DNA of 63,428 nt, the filler included. It is 6 parts of 6 records of this genome, joined end to end, with 100 filler letters (N's around TTAATTAATTAA, not from the genome) between each part and the next. Parts side by side here need not be neighbours in the genome. Positions count along the whole stretch, not along the records: positions 12,578 to 30,392 come from DRR723986_2357; positions 30,493 to 37,154 come from DRR723986_2363; positions 37,255 to 48,496 come from DRR723986_2376; 3 more parts are not named here. One strand, given 5' to 3'. Positions within the stretch are counted from its first letter, which is position 1; every line of letters starts with the position of its first letter. The notes beneath the pieces were generated by a model. The model did not search any database and had not been told where the DNA came from. It saw only the letters and a program-made list of their open reading frames with translations. Made by a program: the position numbers and the translations under genes. Below are positions 28,850-39,063 of the stretch, one piece after another.

Positions 28850-29700
28850 GCCAAGACCCAAGGCTTTGGCCCGCCAACAGCCGCGTGGCCCATATCAGCC
28901 TGCAGGGCCAAGTGGCGCAGCCCCTGGTGGCGGGCGAACCCTATCGGGTGATGGTGCCGGTCTTGGGCCTATACACCGCCCCGGATGCCCGGCAGCTTGA
29001 TCGGCAAATGCTGATGGGGCAGGCGTTTTCTGTGCTGGAAATACATGAAGGGCAGGCCTTTGGGTTTATCCCAGGCCCGGGTGGGCGCCCCAGCTATGTG
29101 GGCTATGCCGCGGCCAAAGGGCTGGCGCAGGGCGCGCCCCTGCCCACCCACCATGTGGTGGCCATTCGCAGCTTTGCCTTTGCCCAACCCAGCATCAAAA
29201 CACCCAATCCCCTGCCGTTGCCCTTTGGGGCACAGGTGGCTGTAACTGGCGAACAAGGCCCGTTGGCGCAGATCTCGACCGGGCAATTTGTGCCAAAGGC
29301 GCACCTGGCACCGCTGGCGCAACAGGCGCACTCCCCGGTAGAGGTGGCGCAGCTGTTTTTGGGCACGCCCTATCTGTGGGGGGGCAATTCTGCCTTTGGT
29401 ATCGATTGTTCTGGCCTGGTGCATGCCGCCTTTCAGGCCTGTGGCCGGCCCTGCCCGCAAGACAGCGACCAACAGCGCCAGCAGCTGGCCGGTGAAAGGC
29501 TGAAACTGGGCACGCCGCTATGCCCCGGTGATTTGCTGTTTTGGCGCGGCCATGTGGCGATGGCCTGCGCGCCCGATATGCTGGTTCACGCCAATGCTTG
29601 GCACATGGCTGTGGCCTATGAACAGGCCAGCCAGGCACAGGCGCGCATTCTGGCGCAGGGCGATGGGCCGGTTCTGTGCCACCTGCGCCCCAGCGCATAA
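28846..29700 (+). CDS. NlpC/P60 (C40) peptidase
   Basis: GTPYLWGG...GIDCSGLV, PGDLLFW.GHV. Confidence 0.9.
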   Translation: MSQDPRLWPANSRVAHISLQGQVAQPLVAGEPYRVMVPVLGLYTAPDARQLDRQMLMGQAFSVLEIHEGQAFGFIPGPGGRPSYVGYAAAKGLAQGAPLPTHHVVAIRSFAFAQPSIKTPNPLPLPFGAQVAVTGEQGPLAQISTGQFVPKAHLAPLAQQAHSPVEVAQLFLGTPYLWGGNSAFGIDCSGLVHAAFQACGRPCPQDSDQQRQQLAGERLKLGTPLCPGDLLFWRGHVAMACAPDMLVHANAWHMAVAYEQASQAQARILAQGDGPVLCHLRPSA

Positions 29701-29710
29701 TGCCCGCGCC

Positions 29711-30392
29711 TTAATGCGCCTGGGCCCAGTTGGCGCCTGTGCCCGCATCCACAATCAGCGGCACATCCAGCCGCGCGGCAGGCTCGGCCGCCTCTTGCAT
29801 AACATCGCGCGCCACGCCGATCAGCTGATCGGCTGCGTATTCTGCCACCTCGAACAGCAATTCATCGTGCACTTGCAACAGCATCGTTGCCGGCAGCCCG
29901 GCCACTGCCTGTGGCATGCGGATCATCGCCCGCCTGATGATATCGGCCGCGGTGCCCTGAATGGGGGCATTGATGGCCGCGCGTTTGGCAAAGCCCGCAC
30001 CGGGGCCTTTGGCATTGATTTCCGGGGTATGGATTTTGCGCCCAAACATGGTGGCTACAAACCCGTGCTCTTTGGCAAAGGCCACGGTATCATCCATATA
30101 GGCGCGAATGCCCGGGAAGCGCTGGAAATACCGATCGATAAAGCCCTGCGCCTCGGCCCGGGGAATGCGCAGATTGCGCGCCAGGCCAAACCCGGAAATG
30201 CCATAGATCACCCCAAAATTAATGGCCTTGGCGCGGCGGCGAATTTCCGGTGTCATCTCGTCAAGCGGCACGTCAAACATTTCCGAGGCGGTCATGGCGT
30301 GAATATCATGGCCCTGCTGAAAGGCCTCTTTCAACGCATCAATCCCTGCCACATGGGCCAGAATGCGCAATTCGATCTGGCTGTAATCGAGC
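29711..30392 (-). CDS. polA: DNA polymerase I, C-terminal fragment
   Basis: DYSQIELRILAH, RRAKAINFGVIYG, NAPIQGTAAD, LQVHDEL. Confidence 0.97.
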
Positions 30393-30492
30393 NNNNNNNN
30401 NNNNNNNNNNNNNNNNNNNNNNNNNNNNNNNNNNNNTTAATTAATTAANNNNNNNNNNNNNNNNNNNNNNNNNNNNNNNNNNNNNNNNNNNN
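30393..30492. other. artificial contig spacer
   Basis: 44N-TTAATTAATTAA-44N. Confidence 0.98.
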
Positions 30493-31410
30493 CTGACCCC
30501 GCGCCATTACAGCTATCTCAAGATCGCCGAGGGCTGTAACCACGCCTGCAAGTTCTGCATCATCCCGGACATGCGCGGGCGCCTCGTGTCGCGCCCCCAG
30601 CGGGCCGTGGTGCGCGAGGCCGAAAGGCTGGTCGAAGCGGGTGTAAAAGAGCTTCTGGTCATCAGTCAGGACACCTCTGCCTACGGCACCGACTGGAAGG
30701 ACCGGGACGAGAAGTTCCCGATCCTCGGCCTGTCGAAGGCGCTGGGGGAGCTCGGCGTCTGGGTGCGGATGCACTACGTCTACCCCTATCCGCACGTCCG
30801 CGAGATGATCCCGCTGATGGAGGCGGCGAACGGCAGGGGCGGCATCCTGCCCTACCTCGATATCCCCTTCCAGCACAGCCACCCGGACACCCTGCGCCGC
30901 ATGGCCCGCCCCGCAGCCGCCGAGCGCACGCTGGACGAGATCGCCGCTTGGCGCGCCGCCTGCCCGGACATCACGCTGCGCTCGACCTTCATCGTCGGCT
31001 ACCCCGGAGAGACGGAGGCCGAATTCCAGCACCTGCTCGACTGGATGGACGAGGCGCAACTGGATCGCGTCGGCTGCTTCCAGTACGAGAACGTCGCGGG
31101 CGCGCGCTCCAACGCGCTGCCGGATCACGTCCCCGAAGAGATCAAGGCCGAACGCTGGGCGCGCTTCATGGAGAAGGCGCAGGCCATTTCCGAGGCCAAG
31201 CTGGCCGCCAAGGTCGGACAAGAGATCGACGTGATCGTCGACGAGGTGGACGAGGACGGGGTGGCCACCTGCCGCACCAAGGCCGACGCGCCCGAGATCG
31301 ACGGCAACCTCTTCATCGACGAAGGCGCCGAGGCTCTGGCCCCCGGCCAGATCGTCCGGGTCGAGGTGGACGAGGCCGGGGAATACGACCTCTGGGGCCG
31401 GCTGGTCTGA
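30493..31410 (+). CDS. rimO: ribosomal protein S12 methylthiotransferase, 5' truncated
   Basis: [25 protein letters not shown] radical-SAM motif; C-terminal TRAM domain with DAPEIDG. Confidence 0.95.
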   Translation: MTPRHYSYLKIAEGCNHACKFCIIPDMRGRLVSRPQRAVVREAERLVEAGVKELLVISQDTSAYGTDWKDRDEKFPILGLSKALGELGVWVRMHYVYPYPHVREMIPLMEAANGRGGILPYLDIPFQHSHPDTLRRMARPAAAERTLDEIAAWRAACPDITLRSTFIVGYPGETEAEFQHLLDWMDEAQLDRVGCFQYENVAGARSNALPDHVPEEIKAERWARFMEKAQAISEAKLAAKVGQEIDVIVDEVDEDGVATCRTKADAPEIDGNLFIDEGAEALAPGQIVRVEVDEAGEYDLWGRLV

Positions 31411-31553
31411 CATCGCAAACGCCCGAGCGGGGAGTCGACCGCTCGACCACCGGCGCGGATGCGAAGGCAGAGTGTGGGCCACGGAGTGCGTGGCACAGAC
31501 CCGCGCTCAGCCCGTGCCGGATGCCGTGGCGCGGTCGAATATCTCGCGATTGC

Positions 31554-31859
31554 CTAGTCTTCTTCGCCCGCGCGACGGCCCAGAACACTCGACGCTGCAC
31601 CCAGAAGGACCATCGGAATGAAGGTCGCGAGAGTGAGTGCTCCAAGGGACCACGAGATCATATAGGTCAGCCGAGATACCTCGGTTTCATGCCCCTGCGA
31701 AGATACGAAGTATCGCCCGTCAGCGGCAGAGCCGTTGAGAGCGTCGCCGCCGACCATCAGTGAAAACGCGACGAACAGGGCAAATGACGGGACGGCGATC
31801 AGCGCAAGGCCCGCGCTCGCTGTTCCGAGCACAGCGCTTGGCGTTTGTTTCGTCTGCAT
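31554..31859 (-). CDS. small hypothetical membrane protein
   Basis: 101 aa, two TM segments around GGDALNG...GRYFV...ETEVS; lower GC than neighbours. Confidence 0.55.
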   Translation of the reverse strand: MQTKQTPSAVLGTASAGLALIAVPSFALFVAFSLMVGGDALNGSAADGRYFVSSQGHETEVSRLTYMISWSLGALTLATFIPMVLLGAASSVLGRRAGEED

Positions 31860-32054
31860 CGAAGAAATCCGCGACGTGATCTGAAATCCGTTCCTGCCGC
31901 CGATGCTAGCAGAGTGCAGGTCCCGCCGACAGGGCACGGCTGCGCCTCGACGGCAGAGACCCGGCCCGGCAGACATCTGCGAACAGCAATCGAACGACGG
32001 CTTCCTCCCACAAAACGGTCCCGGGCGAAGCCACGCTCGCGCCCCGTGGGAGGA

Positions 32055-32948
32055 TCAAGAGCCCGGTCCGTAATCCTCGGTCGGGACCGCCTCTGCATCC
32101 CCCGACTGCACCAGAACCGCGGTCGGGTTGCCCGGGCTGTTGAGCGGGTCCGGCAGCACGCCGATCGACATGGCCAGCACCGCCAGTTCCACCCGGTTCG
32201 AGGTGCCGGTCTTCTGCATCAGGGCATTCAGCCTTTGCCGCACCGCCGAGACCGAAATCTCCAGATGGTCGGCGATATGCCGGTCGAGGAAACCGCGCCC
32301 GATCAGTTCCATCAGCTCCAGCTGCTTGTCGGTGATCCTGTGACGCTCCACGTATTCCTGCGCGAAATGGAAAAGGTAGCGCTGGTTCGCGGCCTGCGCG
32401 CAATGGGTCAGCGTCCAGCCTTCGGCGGCGAGGATGTCCAGCAGGGCACCGCGGTCGTGGTCCCCCAGAAAGCTCAGCATCCCGGCCTGCCGAGGGGCGT
32501 TCTGACGCAGGGGTATCGAGATCCCCGCCCGCATCCCGCGCCGCGCGGCCTCTCGCAGGACCCGGATCCGCACATCCGGCATCCGGCGGTAGTCGCGCAG
32601 GAATTCGAGGCCGATGACGATGGGTGTCAGGCAAGAGATCCCGTGACTGCGGAAATACGACCAGCGATAGACCTCGGGGTCGGTGTTGAGCGCATGCAGC
32701 CACGCGGCATCGTAAGAGGACTTCACGAACAGCGTCCGCTGCCAGCCGCCGTAATCCGAAGCCGCGATGAAGTCGACGAAAGGCAGGTCGATGTTCCGGC
32801 CCAGCTCCTTCAGCAGCTCCCAGACCTCTTCCGAACGGGTCGTCGTCTCGAGCCTGCGCAGAAAACGCTGCATCCGCGGCGGGAAGAAGCTTTCCGCCCC
32901 GAACCCCGCACGCGGCAGGGGTTGGCCGGAAGGCTCAGACTCCTTCAT
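32055..32948 (-). CDS. LuxR-family regulator with autoinducer-binding-type domain (solo)
   Basis: REAARRGMRAGISIPLR; C-terminal HTH ITDKQLELMELIGRG...IADHLEISVSAV. Confidence 0.85.
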   Translation of the reverse strand: MKESEPSGQPLPRAGFGAESFFPPRMQRFLRRLETTTRSEEVWELLKELGRNIDLPFVDFIAASDYGGWQRTLFVKSSYDAAWLHALNTDPEVYRWSYFRSHGISCLTPIVIGLEFLRDYRRMPDVRIRVLREAARRGMRAGISIPLRQNAPRQAGMLSFLGDHDRGALLDILAAEGWTLTHCAQAANQRYLFHFAQEYVERHRITDKQLELMELIGRGFLDRHIADHLEISVSAVRQRLNALMQKTGTSNRVELAVLAMSIGVLPDPLNSPGNPTAVLVQSGDAEAVPTEDYGPGS

Positions 32949-33393
32949 CTTCGAGGTGCAGCTTTATGTCGATCAAGACCTTCTGGATCGCCAGGGTCTC
33001 TTTCAGCAGGCGTTTCGCCTCGGTGGCCGTGATCACCCCGTCGGCGATGGACTGATGGTATTCAGCCATCAGCATCCCGAATCGCTGCGAGAGCGCGATC
33101 ACATCGGCATTGACGCCTCCGGAGCCTTCATCGTTGCGGCGGCTGTCGCCGAAATCCAGCGAGATCCCCTTCAACTCGGCCAGCGCGGCGGTGACATGCG
33201 GAAAGGAGGCCGCTTCCTCCAGCGCGGCGACCGCGTCGATGGGCATGAAGCGTTCTGCATGTTCGTCGTGGTCAGAGTAGTACCGCCCAAGCGTCGCCTT
33301 GGATTTTCCGGTCAGGGTGCAGGCGGCTTCTATGCCCACGTCCTTGACCAAGGCTTCTGTGTGCTTCCTCAGATATCGTCCGGGTATCGTCAT
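32935..33393 (-). CDS. hypothetical protein, phage CII/CP76-like regulator
   Basis: GGAGGGG RBS; N-terminal HTH-like GIEAACTLTGKSKATLGRY; C-terminal ADGVITATEAKRL. Confidence 0.6.
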   Translation of the reverse strand: MTIPGRYLRKHTEALVKDVGIEAACTLTGKSKATLGRYYSDHDEHAERFMPIDAVAALEEAASFPHVTAALAELKGISLDFGDSRRNDEGSGGVNADVIALSQRFGMLMAEYHQSIADGVITATEAKRLLKETLAIQKVLIDIKLHLEDEGV

Positions 33394-33640
33394 CGCCCCT
33401 CCATGCGCCCCGGGCCAGAACCCGAAACGCCTTTCCTCTCTGGGCGAGGCTGGCAGAAATACCATGCGCAATCCAGCCCGTAGACGAGGCTGTGTTGCCT
33501 TTGCCGTCAAATGGAGGCCTTGCCGGCACACACCGCGTGGCGGAACCGCGACGGTGCGCGGATCGAGGCCCGGCCCGCCCCCGCGCCAAGGCCGCCTGCC
33601 CTGTTGCGCAAAACGCGGCCTTGGGGCAAACCATGGCGCC

Positions 33641-34228
33641 ATGGCCAAGCTGCACTTCCACTACTCCACGATGAACGCGGGCAAGTCGACGCTGCTGTTG
33701 CAGGCGGCGCACAACTACAACGAACGCGGGATGGACACCTTGCTTCTGACCGCGTCGCTCGACGATCGGGCGGGCGCCGGGATCATCGGCTCGCGGATCG
33801 GCCTGTCGCGCCCGGCGCGCACCTTCGACGAAACCACCGACCTGCAGGCGCTGATCGAGGCGCGGCTGGCCGAGGGGCCGGTGGCCTGCGTCTTCGTCGA
33901 CGAGGCGCAGTTCCTGACGCGCGAACAGGTCTGGCAACTGGCCCGTGTGGTCGACGACCGCAAGGTGCCCGTCATGGCCTACGGCCTGCGGGTCGACTTT
34001 CGCGGAGAGCTGTTTCCCGGATCCGCCGCGCTGCTGGCCCTGGCCGATGTCATGCGGGAGGTGCGCACCATCTGCCATTGCGGACGCAAGGCGACGATGG
34101 TGGTCCGGCAGGGGCCGGACGGCGCGGTGCTGCGCGACGGCGCGCAGGTGCAGATCGGCGGCAACGAAACCTATGTCAGCCTGTGCCGCCGCCACTGGCG
34201 GCAGGCCATGGGGGACACCGCAGCCTGA
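33641..34228 (+). CDS. tdk: thymidine kinase
   Basis: STMNAGKS, VDEAQFL, YGLRVDF, CHCGRKA, YVSLCRRH. Confidence 0.96.
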   Translation: MAKLHFHYSTMNAGKSTLLLQAAHNYNERGMDTLLLTASLDDRAGAGIIGSRIGLSRPARTFDETTDLQALIEARLAEGPVACVFVDEAQFLTREQVWQLARVVDDRKVPVMAYGLRVDFRGELFPGSAALLALADVMREVRTICHCGRKATMVVRQGPDGAVLRDGAQVQIGGNETYVSLCRRHWRQAMGDTAA

Positions 34229-34349
34229 CATGCGCGTCCCGGCGGCCTGCCCCGCCCCCAAGGGGCGACGGGCTGCGCGCGCCTGCTGACGCGGGACGCG
34301 CCCCGTGATAGCCTGCCCCGGAACACCGGGCGGAACACAGGTGACAGGC

Positions 34350-35591
34350 ATGTCGGTCAGAACGCTACTTTCCCTTCTCGCGGCCTTGGCGCTTTGGGCG
34401 CTGCCGCTGGCCGCTCAGGACCGCGCCGCGGCAGAGCGGCAATTCCGCGGCTGGCTGGAGCAGACCGTCTGGCCGCAGTCCAGCCGGAAAGGGGTCAGCC
34501 GGGCGACCTTCGACCGCGCCTTTCAGGGCGTGACGCTGAACTGGGACCTGCCCGACCTCGTACCGCCCGGCACCAAGGCCGAAACCCCGAAACGCCAGAG
34601 GCAGGCGGAATTCGGCAGCCCCGGGAAGTATTTCAACCGCGGCTCGGTGGAGGGCGCAACCTCGGTCGGGCGCCAGATGGCCCGCACCCATGCCGCCGCC
34701 CTTGCCGCCGCAGAGCGTCGCACCGGCGTTCCGGGCCGCATCATCCTTGGCATCTGGGGCCGCGAATCGGGCTACGGGCGGGTCGCGATCAACCACGACG
34801 TCTTCCGCGTGCTGGGCACCAAGGGGTTCATGTCCACCCGGGCCGCCTATTTCACCGATGAACTGGTCGCCGCCCTGCAGATCGCCGAGGCCGGACACGC
34901 ACCCTCTGCCGCGATGAAGTCCAGTTGGGCAGGCGCCCTCGGCCAGCCGCAATTCATGCCCACGAGCTTCCTGAAATACGCCGCCGACGGCACCGGGGAC
35001 GGCCACGCGGACATCTGGCGGTCCGAAGCGGACACTATCGCCTCCATCGCCAATTACCTTGCGAAACACGGCTGGCAGCGGGGGCGCGACTGGGGGTTCG
35101 AGGTGCGCGTGCCCGACGGCGTCTCCTGCACGCTGGAAGGCCCCGATCAGGGCCGGCGCATCCGCGACTGGGCCGCCATGGGCATCACCCGGGTCAACGG
35201 CAAGCCTTTCCCCGAGGCCGAGGCGCGGCAGCAGGGGTTCCTGTTGATGCCCGCCGGACGCTCTGGCCCAGCCTTCATCGTGACCCCGAATTTCTATGTG
35301 CTGAAGGACTACAACATGTCCGACCTCTACGCGCTGTTCGTCGGGCACGTGGGCGACCGGATCCAATATGGCATGGGCGATTTCTCGGCCCGCTGGGGAC
35401 AGGTCGGCGGGCTCTACCGCTCTGACGTGGCGGCGATGCAGCGCGCGCTCGAACGGATGGGCCACGACGTCGGCGGCGCGGATGGTCTGCCGGGGTTCAA
35501 GACGCGCCGGTCCATCGGGCGCTGGCAAGAGGCCAGCGGCCAGCCCGCCACCTGCTTTCCCGAGGCCCGCATGAAGGCCGCCCTGCGCTGA
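34350..35591 (+). CDS. lytic murein transglycosylase (MltB family) with peptidoglycan-binding domain
   Basis: IWGRESGYG, SSWAGALGQPQFMPTS, YNMSDLY. Confidence 0.93.
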   Translation: MSVRTLLSLLAALALWALPLAAQDRAAAERQFRGWLEQTVWPQSSRKGVSRATFDRAFQGVTLNWDLPDLVPPGTKAETPKRQRQAEFGSPGKYFNRGSVEGATSVGRQMARTHAAALAAAERRTGVPGRIILGIWGRESGYGRVAINHDVFRVLGTKGFMSTRAAYFTDELVAALQIAEAGHAPSAAMKSSWAGALGQPQFMPTSFLKYAADGTGDGHADIWRSEADTIASIANYLAKHGWQRGRDWGFEVRVPDGVSCTLEGPDQGRRIRDWAAMGITRVNGKPFPEAEARQQGFLLMPAGRSGPAFIVTPNFYVLKDYNMSDLYALFVGHVGDRIQYGMGDFSARWGQVGGLYRSDVAAMQRALERMGHDVGGADGLPGFKTRRSIGRWQEASGQPATCFPEARMKAALR

Positions 35592-35614
35592 CGCGGCGGG
35601 CGGCAACCGCTGGC

Positions 35615-36559
35615 TCAGCCCTCCACCGGCTGGGCATGAACCTGGATGCGGTCCTCTGACAACCGCGCCTCGCCCGGGTCCAGCATATAGGTGACCAACG
35701 GGCCATCCATTCCGGCGGAATAGTCGAGGCATAGGGCATTCGGGCCCTGCAGCACGGGTGCGCCACGCAGCCAGTAATGGCCGAAGAACACCGGGCGCTC
35801 GTCCAACGGATAGGTCTGCGCGACCAATCCGGTTGGAAGTCGCGCATCCGGCAGATCGCCCGCGGAAGGCACGGAAATGGCGATGTCGCGCCAGGTCGCC
35901 GCCCCGGCGGCCCACCACCGCAGCCGGACCCGATCACGCCGGGTGCCGTCCTTGTCCCGGAAGAAAAAACCCTCGGGCAGCGGCTGTTCGAGGCCTTTCG
36001 TCACCTCTTCGACAAGGTGATACAGGTCTTCCTCCGGGTCGGCCGCCGCGATCAGCTGCTCGGATGCAAGCGTGCCCTGCGGGCAGAGCGCGCGCAGGCG
36101 GTCGATCGTCGCGGTCCTCCAGCAGGCATGCACCGCGCGGAACGCCTCTGTCTCGAGGAAGAGCGGAAGGCCGGCCATCCAATCCAACACCTCCCGGGTC
36201 TTGGCGGCGCCGACGGGATACTCGGCGAGGAAACTGGCATGCTGACGCAGGTTCCGTTCGGAATGAGCGCGCAGGGGCCGACCGCTTTCGGGATGGGGCG
36301 TGTGGAAGTGGAGCGCATTGAGTTCGTGGTTTCCCATGATCGCCTGCGCCTTGCCGCTGTCGATCAGCCCGCGCACCGCATGAAGGACCCGGGCGTTCTC
36401 CGCCCCCCGGTCGATGAAGTCTCCGAGGAAGACGATCCTGCGATTCGGCTCCGGGTGCAGCCAGCCCGACGGCCCCCGCAGCCAGCCCAAGGCGTCGAGC
36501 GCAGCCTTCAGCTTTTCGGCTTGGCCGTGGATATCCGGGATGATGTCGATTGGGTCCAT
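35615..36559 (-). CDS. metallophosphoesterase (calcineurin-like/ApaH-like)
   Basis: DIHG, GDFIDRG, GNHE, FFGHY. Confidence 0.9.
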   Translation of the reverse strand: MDPIDIIPDIHGQAEKLKAALDALGWLRGPSGWLHPEPNRRIVFLGDFIDRGAENARVLHAVRGLIDSGKAQAIMGNHELNALHFHTPHPESGRPLRAHSERNLRQHASFLAEYPVGAAKTREVLDWMAGLPLFLETEAFRAVHACWRTATIDRLRALCPQGTLASEQLIAAADPEEDLYHLVEEVTKGLEQPLPEGFFFRDKDGTRRDRVRLRWWAAGAATWRDIAISVPSAGDLPDARLPTGLVAQTYPLDERPVFFGHYWLRGAPVLQGPNALCLDYSAGMDGPLVTYMLDPGEARLSEDRIQVHAQPVEG

Positions 36560-37154
36560 GATGTCTCCGGTGAGTTGCGCTGGCGGCCGGAAGGCCGGAT
36601 CCGCGGCGTCGTGCCCGTCGCCGTGGCGGCCAACGAAGAAGTTTGAGGTCTTGCTGAAGCGTGGCACCGCCGCGATCAGCCGGACAACCCGGCGCGCGTG
36701 GAATGCTCGAGGCACCGGACGCTTGAAGCCGCGGGCTGGGATCCCTGTTTTGCCACGATAGCGCGGGTTCGACCAGGTGTTTTCAAGGCGTCGATGGTCT
36801 GTGGCTTAGTATCGTCCGACTTGCGACCAGATGAAAGGTTGAGCTCAGCCCGATATCCGCCAGCAACCGGTGTCCGCGCCCTCTCTTCCGACCGTTTGAG
36901 AGATACCGACTGGAATAGCCCCGCGATGCTTAGCCGCTGCCTTTGCTAGGTTCCCGGCTCATGCTCATTTGGTTGCCGGTCAAGCCTGTTGGCCCATGCC
37001 GGGTTCGTTCTGGTTGCGTTGAAGCAGGCTGTCCACAAGCGTTGGCCGACGAAGGGCATTGGACTGCTCCAACACTCGGGTCGCGGCCCTCAATCCCTGC
37101 CCAATGCCATCTGCTTGCGGTGAGTGCGCATGACGGTTTGGCGCGAGCCATTGT

Positions 37155-37254
37155 NNNNNNNNNNNNNNNNNNNNNNNNNNNNNNNNNNNNNNNNNNNNTT
37201 AATTAATTAANNNNNNNNNNNNNNNNNNNNNNNNNNNNNNNNNNNNNNNNNNNN
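37155..37254. other. artificial contig spacer
   Basis: 44N-TTAATTAATTAA-44N. Confidence 0.98.
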
Positions 37255-37552
37255 CCAGCCATGCCGTCACCTCGGCATCGTCGAAACGGCCCGCCGCGAT
37301 ATCTTCCTCCCGGATCGCCGCGTCGCTCAGCGCCCCCATGGCCTCGGTGTTGTCCACCGACAGGCCCGTCGCCTGCTGCAGGGCCCGGGCCGTCAGGCCG
37401 GAATTCGCGCGAAAGGTCATGCCCTCGAAAGTCAGCGGGCAATCGTGATCGGTGAACCCGTACCGCCGGCCATCGGTGCGCGTCACCAGCCATGCCCGGG
37501 CGACGGTCCCCACCCCTTTGGCTAGGTGGGCGTGAAGTGCATCCTGTCCCAT
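37255..37552 (-). CDS. GTA g13 (DUF2163, baseplate hub), 3' truncated
   Basis: RTDGRRYGFTDHD...GLSVDNTEA...GRFDDAEV. Confidence 0.9.
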
Positions 37553-38184
37553 CAGACCCGCACCTCCACCACTGGCACGTCCGGCACCTGTCCGGCGCGA
37601 AAGCTGGCGACCGACACGGCGATCCGGTCGGTGTCGAAGCGCACGGGCACGTCGAACTCGTATCCGGCCGTGACGGTGACGCTCTCGGGCGGAGGCTCGT
37701 CGAAGGTGATCACGCCGGTCGCGAGGTCGATCTCGAAATGCACCCCTTCGCGCATCGGCGTGTTCTGCACCGCCGCGACGACCGTCCCCGCCACCGGCTT
37801 GGTGATCGGACGCAGGTAGGCGTTCTTGCCCGACCTGTAGGTCTTGACCAATTGGAACGTGCGGGTCGCGCCGTCCCCCTTGCCGATCACCTGATCGCCG
37901 TCATCGACCTTGCCCGAGGGCTTGCACGACTTGTAGTCGGCCCAATCCTTCCACCGGAACCCGTACAGCTGCCCGCTCCGCGCCTCGAAGAAGTCGATCA
38001 GCGCGGCCACGTCATCCAGAGACCGCAGCCCCAGACCCGCGTCGTACCGGCGGCGCGAATGCTGCCACGGGGTGTTGCGCTCTTCGAAGCCGCTGGTGAG
38101 CGCGACGATATCGGTGCGCCGCTCGGGACCGCCGAAAGAGCCGAAACTCAGGTCGGCGGGAAATCTCACGTCATGGAACGCCAT
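37552..38184 (-). CDS. GTA g12 (DUF2460, distal tail protein)
   Basis: MAFHDVRFP...GGPERRT...GFRWKDWAD...EFDVPVRFD. Confidence 0.92.
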   Translation of the reverse strand: MAFHDVRFPADLSFGSFGGPERRTDIVALTSGFEERNTPWQHSRRRYDAGLGLRSLDDVAALIDFFEARSGQLYGFRWKDWADYKSCKPSGKVDDGDQVIGKGDGATRTFQLVKTYRSGKNAYLRPITKPVAGTVVAAVQNTPMREGVHFEIDLATGVITFDEPPPESVTVTAGYEFDVPVRFDTDRIAVSVASFRAGQVPDVPVVEVRV

Positions 38185-38197
38185 CTCATGCCTCCTT

Positions 38198-38860
38198 TCA
38201 GCGGTTGCGGGCGCCGCGGCCCAGCACCTGGCTCATGCGCGCCGCGATCTGGCTCTGGCTGCGCTCGAAAGAGCGCGCGTCCGGCGTCTGGATGTTCATC
38301 ACGACCGTCACCGGCTGGCCGCCGCCCGCCGCGCGCACGCCCAGCTTGCCGTCGGCGCCCCGGGTCAGCGGCATGATCGCTTCCGGACCCGCTTCGCCCA
38401 TCAGCCCGGTGCCGCCCCGCATCGGGAAGGTCACGGGCCCGTTGACGATGCCGCCATTGGCGAAGGGCATGACCCGCCCCTGCGTGAAGGCCCCGCCGTC
38501 GGCAAAGGGCGAGAACTGGCCGAAGAGGGCCGACATGCCCTGCGAGAGCATGCCGCCCACATGGCCCGCCACCGGCTTCACCGCCGCTTTCCACGCCGAG
38601 TCGATCATCGACTGCGCCACGGTCTGCAAAGCGTCCGACAGTTTCATCCCGTCGAGGACGACCCCGTCGATCGCCCGCGCCACGCCCCGGCTCAGCACCG
38701 CCTCCAGCTTCGAGGCACCACGGCCAGTGGCGGAAAAGGTCTCGTGAATGCGCCGCATCTCGGCGTCGAACTGCGCCGCCATTCCGGCCGCCCCGCCCAG
38801 CGAGGATTCGAGCGCGTCGATCTGCGCGTCGAGGTCATCCAAGGTGTCGATGTCGCTCAT
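38198..38860 (-). CDS. GTA g11 tail tape measure protein
   Basis: 220 aa; PFANGGIV...GLMGEAGPEAIMPL. Confidence 0.9.
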   Translation of the reverse strand: MSDIDTLDDLDAQIDALESSLGGAAGMAAQFDAEMRRIHETFSATGRGASKLEAVLSRGVARAIDGVVLDGMKLSDALQTVAQSMIDSAWKAAVKPVAGHVGGMLSQGMSALFGQFSPFADGGAFTQGRVMPFANGGIVNGPVTFPMRGGTGLMGEAGPEAIMPLTRGADGKLGVRAAGGGQPVTVVMNIQTPDARSFERSQSQIAARMSQVLGRGARNR

Positions 38861-39063
38861 GGCTCATCTCCGTTGCTCGTCCGGCGGTCCGGAAAGGCCG
38901 CCATCAATTCGTCGAGCCGCGCCCGGCCCATCGGCCTTGCACCGCTTTCCTCGCCCAGCATCAGCCGCAACTCCGCCGGAGTGAGGTCCCAGAACTCCCA
39001 TGGCTTCAGGCCAAGGCCGCGCATGCCCGCGCGCATCAGGACCGGCCAGTCAAAGCCCGCCAT
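38857..39063 (-). CDS. GTA g10.1 (tail assembly chaperone C-terminal-type)
   Basis: FDWPVLMRAG...FWDLTPAEL...LMAAFPD. Confidence 0.85.
   Translation of the reverse strand: MAGFDWPVLMRAGMRGLGLKPWEFWDLTPAELRLMLGEESGARPMGRARLDELMAAFPDRRTSNGDEP

Noticed and set aside
36716..37154. Lower-GC stretch at the contig end
   Set aside because: No recognisable protein or RNA motif in the frames read; truncated by the spacer.
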